Positions 1-8,037 of a DNA stretch of 64,000 bases are shown piece by piece (position 1 is the first letter of the stretch; each line of letters opens with the position of its first letter). The position numbers and the translations under genes are program-made. Source of the stretch: an uncultured archaeon (GTDB lineage Archaea > Asgardarchaeota > Lokiarchaeia > Sigyniarchaeales > SOKP01); NCBI GenBank assembly GCA_964525635.1, contig CAZGJX010000001.1:40807-104806 (forward strand), in the 5' to 3' direction. Below the pieces are notes generated by a model. The model worked only from the letters and a program-made list of their open reading frames with translations, had not been told where the DNA came from and ran no database searches.

Positions 1-791
1 ATATCCGCCATTGTATAATAAATAGGAACTAATTCATCAGAGATAAATCCTAAGAAGTGGATATCTAGGTTCTTTTCTCTCCAAGTATTATAAATATTCT
101 CCATTTCAAAGTCAGGTTTTCCAGCAATTATTAAATTTAAATTGGAGATTGTTTTCTTAGCAATTTTATATGCTTTGATTATATGTTCTACTCCTTTATA
201 TTTAGCAATCCTTCCCAAGTATAAAATAATAGGTCCTTTAATTTTTAGTTGTTTTTTTAATTTTTCAGCATCTTTTGGATATGGTTTAAATTTATTATCA
301 ATTCCATTATATAAGATATGAATATTCTTACTATTGATACTAGGAATAAACTTTTTAAGACCTTCTCTTGTATGGTTGGATACCGTTGTAATATAAGTTG
401 CTTTTTTAATTATATATTTTATCAGAAATTTCTGAAGTGATTGTGTCGCAAATTTTGTTTCAAATGGTCCTAAATCATGAATAGTGGAAATAAACCTTTT
501 ATAATTAGAAAAAAGAATTGGTATTGAACTTTTAGGTCCATTTCCATGTATAATATCAAAAGAATTTCTATTTAAGTATTTATTTATATTATATATAAAA
601 TGGGGCATCCATAAGAAACGTTTCTTAACCAAGTTCATCTGTATTATATTTGGATCATTCAAAACATAATTCCATTTTCCAGTTAGTAATTTAACGTCAT
701 AACCTTCATTTTTAAGATAATTATATATCCCTTCGAAACCAGTTCTTTCACAATCAGGAGCTATTTTAAGTGATATTAAACAAATTTTCAT
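1..791 (-). CDS. Glycosyltransferase family 4 (GT-B fold), partial; the 3' end runs off the window
   Basis: Not in the ORF track because there is no stop in the window. Reverse complement from ATG 791..789 reads MKICLISLKIAPDCERTGFEGIYNYLKNEGYDV...IIHGNGPKSS...ILYLGRIAKYKGVEHIIKAYK...LIIAGKPD...FLGFISDELVPIYY, a typical GT4 layout. Confidence 0.6.
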   Translation of the reverse strand, partial: MKICLISLKIAPDCERTGFEGIYNYLKNEGYDVKLLTGKWNYVLNDPNIIQMNLVKKRFLWMPHFIYNINKYLNRNSFDIIHGNGPKSSIPILFSNYKRFISTIHDLGPFETKFATQSLQKFLIKYIIKKATYITTVSNHTREGLKKFIPSINSKNIHILYNGIDNKFKPYPKDAEKLKKQLKIKGPIILYLGRIAKYKGVEHIIKAYKIAKKTISNLNLIIAGKPDFEMENIYNTWREKNLDIHFLGFISDELVPIYYTMAD

Positions 792-836
792 CTGATTCAT
801 TGAACGAGACACTTCCTATTAAAAGAATTCATAATA

Positions 837-1817
837 TTATGTTAATTGTTCATATCCATCTTCTGTTATAAGAATAGTTTCTTCTGATTGTGCAACATAG
901 GCTTCTTTTTGTTCAGAAAGAACATAATGGGTTCTTAACTTTCCTTGTTGAATTAATTCCTGAAGTCCAAATACAACGCCCATTTGAAACTCATCAGCTA
1001 GCCATCTTTCTGCAAATGGAAGAGTCTTAAAATTTGAATTAATATATCCTAAAATTCTTTTTGAACTTTTTCTTCTTAAAGGAACTCTACCTGTATAGGG
1101 ATTTAATTCATAAATACTACAAGTATTAGTATTATGGACTGATCCTACCCCTGTGGAAGCAAATATTTCAATTGCAAATATATCATCTATTTCTATTAGA
1201 TCTCCTCCCTGATTACCCAATTCAGGTAGTGATTTTTTACCATGAACGGTCCATCTTTCAATTTGATGTCCACCTAATTCTTTTATGGGATTAAAATTAA
1301 ATCCTTTGACTATACTTTCAATCTTTTTTCCTATTTCTTGAGTATTAATTCCAGGTTTTACCATCATCTTGGCAGCTTCTAATGCAGTATCTGTAGCGAT
1401 TATTATATTATCAAGTGATTTTTCTTCAGTAAATTTAATAGAGAAAGCTGTGTCAACAATAAATCCTTCAATATGAACTCCTAAGTCTATCTTTACAAGA
1501 TCTTTATTTTTAATTACTAATCCATCATCTTTCATAGGTGATGTGTAATGAGCAGCGATATTATTAATTCCTATATTAACTGGAAAAGCACATAAGCCGC
1601 CTAATTCCTTTATCTTCTCTTCAGTTTCTAAAACTATATCTTGTGCTTTTCTACCAATTTTTATCTTTGGTTTTATATACTCCTTAACTTTTTTCGCAAT
1701 TTCTCCCGCTTTCTTTAAAGATTCTATCCTTAATCTCTTTTCTTCTTCACTTTCTCTGGGTTTTTCTTCCTTATTTTTATTAATGGGGGTTTTTTTTATA
1801 GTTTGTTTGTCACTCAT
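837..1817 (-). CDS. map: Methionine aminopeptidase, type 2 (archaeal/eukaryotic type) with a Lys/Glu-rich N-terminal extension
   Basis: 326-aa ORF with the pita-bread signatures NNIAAHYTSP, DLGVHIEGFIVDTAFS, GHQIERW and AIEIFASTG, plus the inserted helical subdomain typical of MetAP2. Confidence 0.85.
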   Translation of the reverse strand: MSDKQTIKKTPINKNKEEKPRESEEEKRLRIESLKKAGEIAKKVKEYIKPKIKIGRKAQDIVLETEEKIKELGGLCAFPVNIGINNIAAHYTSPMKDDGLVIKNKDLVKIDLGVHIEGFIVDTAFSIKFTEEKSLDNIIIATDTALEAAKMMVKPGINTQEIGKKIESIVKGFNFNPIKELGGHQIERWTVHGKKSLPELGNQGGDLIEIDDIFAIEIFASTGVGSVHNTNTCSIYELNPYTGRVPLRRKSSKRILGYINSNFKTLPFAERWLADEFQMGVVFGLQELIQQGKLRTHYVLSEQKEAYVAQSEETILITEDGYEQLT

Positions 1818-1978
1818 AACGATTCATAATGAAAAATGGATAATAATATTTTTTAAATAATTATTAACAAATTTATATAATCTTTTTCATTATCTAAAAA
1901 AATAAATAAAATCAATATTAATATTAGTTTATAACTTATTATAATAAAATTAAATTTTAATTATTGGTTGATCTATAA

Positions 1979-2350
1979 TTGAGTGAAAACATCAGTGAAC
2001 TTACCGATTTGTTAAGAAACCTTGAAGCAGTTAATTCTGATATTCAGGGTAGTGCTATCGTCTCAGTCCAAGGACTACCAATATGTTCTGCTCTATCTAG
2101 AGATGTGAACGATGGAATTGTTAGTGCGATGAGTGCTGCTATTCTTAGTGTTTCAGAACGAGCAGTTCAGGAACTCGCAAGAGGTATTTTACAGAGAATT
2201 TTAATTGAAGGAATAGATGGTATCATTATTCTTTCAAGAGCAGGAGAAAATGCAATATTATGTACATTAGCAAAACCAGATGCTAGTTTAGGTATGGTTT
2301 TTATACATATAACGAGTGTTTCAAAAAAAATAGCTACATTATTAGATTAA
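1979..2350 (+). CDS. Roadblock/LC7 (MglB-like) domain protein
   Basis: 123 aa with a TTG start. Contains LRNLEAVNSDIQGSAIVSVQGLPICSAL...GIVSAMSAAILSVSERA...ILIEGIDGIIILSRAGENAIL, the usual Roadblock/LC7 pattern and size. Confidence 0.75.
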   Translation: MSENISELTDLLRNLEAVNSDIQGSAIVSVQGLPICSALSRDVNDGIVSAMSAAILSVSERAVQELARGILQRILIEGIDGIIILSRAGENAILCTLAKPDASLGMVFIHITSVSKKIATLLD

Positions 2351-2469
2351 ATAATATAAATTTGCTATATTCCTTTATTTAAATTTATTTGAAACGTCTT
2401 GAACTTAATTTCTTATAATAAATAAAGAATAAAATATAATTAGAAATTTAAAAAAATAAAAATAAATTT

Positions 2470-3936
2470 TTACTCTCTTAGAGCTTGAATATTGTTAAAA
2501 ATATTATCAAATCTATTTTTTATAGAACCTACTAATCCTTCTTCTTCTGAAATTACTGAATTTATAGCAGCTTTTAAACCATAATGTCCTTCTGATATTG
2601 ATACTCTAATTGGTAAAGTCAAAAATTCATTGATTAGCATAGCGATTTCTTGGAATAATTGTATTATTTTCGGAAAATTTTCTTGTGTTTTATTTATAAT
2701 TGACTGTTCAGGTGATAATAATCCATTTTCTCTTTCTTGATTCAATTCTTCCCAAATATTTTCTTTAAGGGTAGAAAAATTAATTCCTAAATCTTCTAAA
2801 GCAATTTGAGCTCCTTCAAAAAGAAAATTTATATCATCTCTACCAGAATAATTTTTGATATTTTCAACCATTTCATTTGGTGCTAATCCTTCTAAGAATT
2901 TAATTAATAGATTATGATAATCTTTTACTACATCTAAAGGCACAAATAATAATACCATCTCTTTAAGTTGTTTGAAAAAATATCCTGCCACTTTGGCGAT
3001 TGTTTCATTTTTTAGTAATTTCTCAATAAACCTTCCATTTTCATTAAGTAAGTGTATAAGAAGAAATCCAATAATTCTTATCATATCTTCTTCATAATTT
3101 CTAAAATAGTCAAAAAAATGCTCTGGTTCCATATTTAATTTATCTCTAATAATATCAGCAATTCTTTTTTTGATATTTTCTAATGGTTCATCAATTAGTT
3201 CTTCTAATTTATCGAGAGAAAAAGATTCTTGTAATTGATCTAGAAGATCTACTTTATTTTTTTGAATTACTTCCTCTTCTATATCTGATTCAAGGATTAC
3301 TTTAGATAATGTTTTATCTTTTAATTTTAATTGAGTCATTTTTTTCCATTCATTATAATCATAGATTTTACATAACAACTGAAGGCAATTATCACCTTTT
3401 CCCATGCATTTTTGTTCTACAATTTTTATCCTATAATTATTTTTTTTTACTTTTAAGATAAAATTTGCAACACCTTGAAGCATTCCACATAATCCACAAG
3501 CCATTCCTTCTGTTTTATTACCCAATTTCGATATATTAAATGTATCTTCTGGTGATGTACCATAACTTGCACATATTGGACAGTGTTTAATCTTTAAAAG
3601 ATAACTATTATAAATGGAATTTTCTTCTGAAATTTCTTCATAATCTAGCTCTTCTAATTCTTTACCAAATACAACTACCCATAATAATTCAAAATAGTCT
3701 ACAACTTTATCTGGACTTCCAGGCATGAATTTAAATATTGCAGAATGACGTTCACATGACTCCATTGCTGCTTGTTTCCCAACCTCCCTCATTACCAATA
3801 GACTTAATTCTTCATCTTTAGTAATTTCATTGATTTCTTTGAGAATTTCTCTATAAATTAATGAATAGAATAAAGAACTAGTATTCCGACCAAATGCTTT
3901 AGATATTTTTTTCATTAACCATTGAACGATTCCCAT
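2470..3936 (-). CDS. V4R (4-vinyl reductase / TRAPP Bet3-like) domain protein with a long helical C-terminal region
   Basis: 488 aa. V4R-type Cys pattern HCPICASYG...GMACGLCGMLQGVANF...EQKCMGKGDNCLQLL. Its start overlaps the upstream gene's stop by 1 nt (TAATG), suggesting translational coupling. Confidence 0.5.
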   Translation of the reverse strand: MGIVQWLMKKISKAFGRNTSSLFYSLIYREILKEINEITKDEELSLLVMREVGKQAAMESCERHSAIFKFMPGSPDKVVDYFELLWVVVFGKELEELDYEEISEENSIYNSYLLKIKHCPICASYGTSPEDTFNISKLGNKTEGMACGLCGMLQGVANFILKVKKNNYRIKIVEQKCMGKGDNCLQLLCKIYDYNEWKKMTQLKLKDKTLSKVILESDIEEEVIQKNKVDLLDQLQESFSLDKLEELIDEPLENIKKRIADIIRDKLNMEPEHFFDYFRNYEEDMIRIIGFLLIHLLNENGRFIEKLLKNETIAKVAGYFFKQLKEMVLLFVPLDVVKDYHNLLIKFLEGLAPNEMVENIKNYSGRDDINFLFEGAQIALEDLGINFSTLKENIWEELNQERENGLLSPEQSIINKTQENFPKIIQLFQEIAMLINEFLTLPIRVSISEGHYGLKAAINSVISEEEGLVGSIKNRFDNIFNNIQALRE

Positions 3937-4448
3937 TACATTCCACCTTCAATTTTATATTTAAATATTTGAACGCAATATTTATTTCCAAATGTTTTTG
4001 ATTCTTGAATTTTTAATGGTTCAATTAATAGGATTGTTTTATTTTTTGAATTAATATTAATAATATTTATAAATTCAGATATTAATCCTAAGAGAATTTC
4101 ACATCCAGCAATTTGAATATCATCATATTCATATTTACATAATGCACAGTTGGTATCATTAACAATGATTAATTGTTCATTTTCATTCAATTCCACTGAA
4201 ATCGAGCTTTTTAAAACTTTTTTATATATTGTAGCAATCACATCCCTAATATTATTTAAATCAACTAGTTCAGTTGGACTCCAATATTTAATATAGGTTT
4301 TAGAAATATTCTTACCAATTCTTTGCATTCTCTCTTTTTTATCATCAATATTATTTTTTGCCATAAAACGAGCCAGATGATAAATTGCATTTCTTAATTG
4401 ATTTATTGCAGCATCAGCATGTAATAATTCATTTCTTGAGTAATTCAT
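3936..4448 (-). CDS. Small V4R (TRAPP Bet3-like) domain protein
   Basis: 170 aa containing NCALCKYEYDDIQIAGCEILLGLISEF...ESKTFGNKYCVQIF. This matches the V4R CxxC...C-E-x-L-x-G...E...G-x-x-x-C-x-F pattern. Co-oriented and coupled to 2470..3936. Confidence 0.5.
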   Translation of the reverse strand: MNYSRNELLHADAAINQLRNAIYHLARFMAKNNIDDKKERMQRIGKNISKTYIKYWSPTELVDLNNIRDVIATIYKKVLKSSISVELNENEQLIIVNDTNCALCKYEYDDIQIAGCEILLGLISEFINIININSKNKTILLIEPLKIQESKTFGNKYCVQIFKYKIEGGM

Positions 4449-4654
4449 TATTTTTACTAAATATGTTTAATGTTTATGATATTATGTGAAAAAATAGAAG
4501 ATATTTAAAATTTTTAATTAGATTAAAAATATTATTTGTATCTATTTCAAGATATTAATTTCTAAATTATTATTAAATAATAATTATTATCATATGATTT
4601 TATCTAATTAAATTAAAATTATCAAGAAAAATAGTATATATTATTATAATATAG

Positions 4655-5040
4655 TTACATTTGTTCTATAATTGCTCTCAACATATCTTCTCCACATGCT
4701 CCCACCATTTTTCCATTTTGTATATGATTTTGACCATTTACTTCTATATTTTTTTCTATTAATTCCCCATCTTTGAAAAACAACAGGGTTGGGATTGCGT
4801 GTATATTAAACATATTACCCAATGGTCTATTTTGATCTAAATCAACTTGTATTATATTTATTAATCCTTCATCTCTTAGCTTATGTAAAATTGGTGTGAT
4901 GAACTTTCATGATGATTTATCTAATTATTAAATCATTTGCATGGTCCGCACCAAACAGTATAAATATCTATGATAAGCTTTCCTTTTTTCATTTCCTCTG
5001 TAACTGGAATGTTCACATCTTTTAATTTATCGATATTCAT
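4655..5040 (-). CDS. trx: Thioredoxin, interrupted by a 32-nt BHB-type insert (117 aa if spliced; pseudogene if not)
   Basis: Not in the ORF track because it is split. Exon 1 (5040..4938) reads MNIDKLKDVNIPVTEEMKKGKLIIDIYTVWCGPCK then TGA. Exon 2 (4905..4655, a different frame) reads (K)FITPILHKLRDEG...IHAIPTLLFFKDGE...-stop. The join gives the canonical WCGPCKxIxPxL. Confidence 0.8.
4906..4937 (-). other. Candidate bulge-helix-bulge (BHB) intron in the thioredoxin mRNA, 32 nt
   Basis: RNA fold drawn by eye. Outer helix GGAC/GUUC, central helix CAUG/CAUG, 3-nt bulges CAA and AAA, inner 8-bp helix AUGAUUUA/UAAAUCAU (4912..4919 / 4929..4936 on +) with a 9-nt loop. Canonical cuts excise 32 nt and restore the frame. 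Confidence 0.65.
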
Positions 5041-5431
5041 TTGTTCTCATCTTATATTAAATATTTTATTTAAATATCTTTTTTAAGATTTTCTCTTATT
5101 AAGTTTTTAAGATATATTTACATTAAGTAAATTGTAATATTTATTTTTTATATTTTAAATATAAATCAAAAAGATATTAATACAATAAAATTTATGTTAA
5201 ATTCTAGCTAAATTGTTTAAATTGATTTAAGAATAAATCATTTAATTTCTATCAATTAAATTGATATTTCTTAAAATATTTTAATTGGTGATTAAACAGT
5301 ATATTTAAGTTAATATCTATATTCTATTTTTATTTCTTAAATAAGGAAATAATTAGAATAAAATTTAAATTCTATGAAGAGAAATTTAAAATAATCTATA
5401 GTAGTTAAATAAATTAATAATATATTTTGTT

Positions 5432-5938
5432 ATGTTAACAATAGATTTTGATTTTCGAAACCAAATCATTCAGTCTGATATTGGAAAAACATTGGTATAT
5501 TGTTACCAATGTGCTACTTGTTCTGGAGCCTGTCCAGTAGCACAAGTAACTAATGGACGCTATAATCCAAGAAGACTAATTTTAACATCATTATTAGGTT
5601 TAAAAGAAAAGATATTTGGTGCTGAAAATTCTTTTGAGATTTGGGGGTGTACAGTGTGTGATACATGCGATGAACTATGTCCACAAAAAGTTGAACTTAC
5701 AGAAATATTTACAATACTTAAGAATATCAGCGTAGAGCGAGGAGAGGCTCCCGATCATTATACTATGCAGGCATCAACTATATTGGAAAATGGTAAAGCA
5801 ATTCCAATGCAGAGTGCCATAGAAAGGAGAAGAGAACAATTAGGATTGCCTAAAATTGTAAATCCAGATATTAATGAGGTAAAAAAGCTTTTAAAAGCTA
5901 CTGAATTAGAAAAAAAAATCCCTAAACAAGAAAAATAA
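5432..5938 (+). CDS. Heterodisulfide reductase subunit C-like 4Fe-4S protein (HdrC family)
   Basis: 168 aa with two ferredoxin-type motifs, CYQCATCSGACP and CTVCDTCDELCP, at HdrC-like spacing. No hdrA or hdrB is nearby. Confidence 0.6.
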   Translation: MLTIDFDFRNQIIQSDIGKTLVYCYQCATCSGACPVAQVTNGRYNPRRLILTSLLGLKEKIFGAENSFEIWGCTVCDTCDELCPQKVELTEIFTILKNISVERGEAPDHYTMQASTILENGKAIPMQSAIERRREQLGLPKIVNPDINEVKKLLKATELEKKIPKQEK

Positions 5939-6090
5939 GGTTTTCCTTCTTTAGTTTATTTTTTTTTTATTAGTACCTATAAATCTATCAAAGATGGAGA
6001 AAGTGATGTTTGATTTTTACAAAATTTTTTAGATTTATATTAATTTTCAAAGATCAATTTTAGAATTATTTTGTTTTAGAGGTATCAAAT

Positions 6091-6858
6091 TTGAGAAGAA
6101 TACCAATTATTGGTGGAAATTGGAAGATGCATCGAGGTACTCCTGAAGATGCTAAAGAAATGTTAGAAGAATTTATACAATTAGTTAAAGATATTGAAAA
6201 TGTTGAAATAGTCATTGTCCCCCCATATACTGCATTATCTGTGGTAAACGTCGTAAAGAACACTAATATAAAAATTGGTGCTCAAAACATGTATTATGAG
6301 GATAAAGGGGCTTTTACAGGTGAGATATCACCTAGGTTTTTGAAGGCACTTGGATGTGAATATGTAATTCTTGGTCATAGTGAAAGAAGAGACATTTTTA
6401 AGGAAGATGATGATCTAATAAATAAAAAATTAAAAAAAGCTTTATTGATGGAATTAAATCCTATTGTATGTATTGGTGAGCATTTAGAAGAAAGAGAAGC
6501 AGGGAAAACAAAAGATGTAATTCGAACACAGATTGAAGGAACATTTAAAGATTTAACAAAAGAACAGATGATTAAAATAGTTATTGCTTATGAACCTATA
6601 TGGGCAATAGGTACAGGAAAAACAGCAACTCCTGATCAAGCAGATGAAGTTCATCAATATATTCGAGATCTCCTAAATGAAAAATATGATAATGAAACTG
6701 CAGAATTAGTAAGAATTCAATATGGAGGATCTGTTAAACCAACTAATGCTCTAGAGCTTTTCCAAAAGAGCAATATAGATGGTGGTTTAGTAGGAGGTGC
6801 CTCCTTAAATGCAGATTCTTTTTCAGAAATAATAAAAGCTGCTGAAAATTCAAATTAA
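6091..6858 (+). CDS. tpiA: Triosephosphate isomerase, long bacterial/eukaryotic-type
   Basis: 255 aa, TTG start. Contains IIGGNWKMH, ILGHSERR, AYEPIWAIGTGKTAT and YGGSVKP, which are hallmark TIM motifs. Confidence 0.9.
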   Translation: MRRIPIIGGNWKMHRGTPEDAKEMLEEFIQLVKDIENVEIVIVPPYTALSVVNVVKNTNIKIGAQNMYYEDKGAFTGEISPRFLKALGCEYVILGHSERRDIFKEDDDLINKKLKKALLMELNPIVCIGEHLEEREAGKTKDVIRTQIEGTFKDLTKEQMIKIVIAYEPIWAIGTGKTATPDQADEVHQYIRDLLNEKYDNETAELVRIQYGGSVKPTNALELFQKSNIDGGLVGGASLNADSFSEIIKAAENSN

Positions 6859-7082
6859 ATTACATTTCTTATTTTATTTTATTAAATTTCTAATATTAAT
6901 CATTTATTTATCATAAATATTAACACTATTTTCAAATTATTTAAATAATTTTTAAAAAAACAAAATAAAATAAACATACGAAAAATATAGTTTTGTAATC
7001 ATTTTTATTAATATTTTTTATAAAATTTCAATGAACTATTGAAGCAATGTTCTTTTATATATAAAAAAAATATAATATATTA

Positions 7083-7958
7083 ATGACAATTTATGAGCTT
7101 AATATAATATCTACAACTGGTTTTCCCTACTATAATAAAATTTTAAAACCTATTCCAAAAGGAGTAAATGTTTTTTTAAGATTTTTTGATTTTTCTAAAG
7201 ATAATAGAGAAGATTTACCAAATGACGAAGCTGATTTAATGTTCGATTTAAAAGCAGGATTAATTTCCGCCCTGTTTGAATTCGCTCGTAATATTGATAA
7301 AAAAATAAAAATTTTAGAATTTAAACCCAAACCTTCGGTGGATTATAATTCAAAAACAAAGGAAAATGAAATAAAAATAGAAGGAGACGTTTTAATAACG
7401 GTTACAACAGAATCTTATCTTCTACATAATCAAATTCGTAAAAAAATAAATCTAATATATAATGATTTTATAACGTCTATAATTCCTTTAGACTCTGCAT
7501 ATGAGATTCCTAATGTTGAAGAGAATAATCTAATTGATTTATTAGTTGATATGAAAGCTAAAAACCATATAAATCATAAAAAGAAAGAGCTTAGTAATAA
7601 TGCTAAAAAGCTTCTTAATGAAATGGATCAATATGGCTTAAGAGGAATCGTTTGTACAAGTTTTGATTTAAGCCCAATTATTTGTTTTTCAAAAGAAAAT
7701 AGATATTCCTTACAGGATATAGACATTATTCTTAGAAATATTGGAAATATACCAGATATAGAACCATATGAATGGAAATATAGACAATCGATTTATAACA
7801 GTAAACCAATATGGGTTTTTATAATTAATAGTGGGGTGGGGGTGACTATCAAAGGTCTTTTTGAACCTTATTACTATCTATTATTAGCAGAACCTAATTC
7901 TTATATAGGGGAGTTTCCAAAAAAATTAACCTCCGAATTTAACCAAATATTAGGTTAG
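7083..7958 (+). CDS. Hypothetical protein
   Basis: 291-aa ORF with no competing ORF apart from a short antisense one. I recognise no family motif. Confidence 0.5.
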   Translation: MTIYELNIISTTGFPYYNKILKPIPKGVNVFLRFFDFSKDNREDLPNDEADLMFDLKAGLISALFEFARNIDKKIKILEFKPKPSVDYNSKTKENEIKIEGDVLITVTTESYLLHNQIRKKINLIYNDFITSIIPLDSAYEIPNVEENNLIDLLVDMKAKNHINHKKKELSNNAKKLLNEMDQYGLRGIVCTSFDLSPIICFSKENRYSLQDIDIILRNIGNIPDIEPYEWKYRQSIYNSKPIWVFIINSGVGVTIKGLFEPYYYLLLAEPNSYIGEFPKKLTSEFNQILG

Positions 7959-8037
7959 ATATTTATAATATCATTTTATTATATTGTATCGATAAATATT
8001 ACCTTTAAAATAAAAAGACATAAAGTTACAATAAAAT

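Noticed and set aside
4594-4614. Near-copy (about 17 of 18 nt, ATGATTT(T)ATCTAATTA) of the trx insert sequence about 40 nt beyond the trx stop codon. A related TAGATAAAATCAT also occurs at about 11783..11795.
   Set aside because: This could hint at a repeated or mobile insert family. The sequences are short and almost pure A/T in a very AT-rich genome, neither extra copy has a BHB-like partner strand, and I found them post hoc. Chance similarity cannot be excluded without genome-wide statistics.
4933-4935. The TGA after WCGPCK in thioredoxin read as selenocysteine or stop-codon readthrough
   Set aside because: The conserved continuation (FITPIL...) lies in a different frame 32 nt downstream. 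Reading through the TGA in frame hits TAG five codons later (FNN-stop). Sec in thioredoxins replaces an active-site Cys, not the residue after CGPCK. Splicing or a pseudogene explains the data better.
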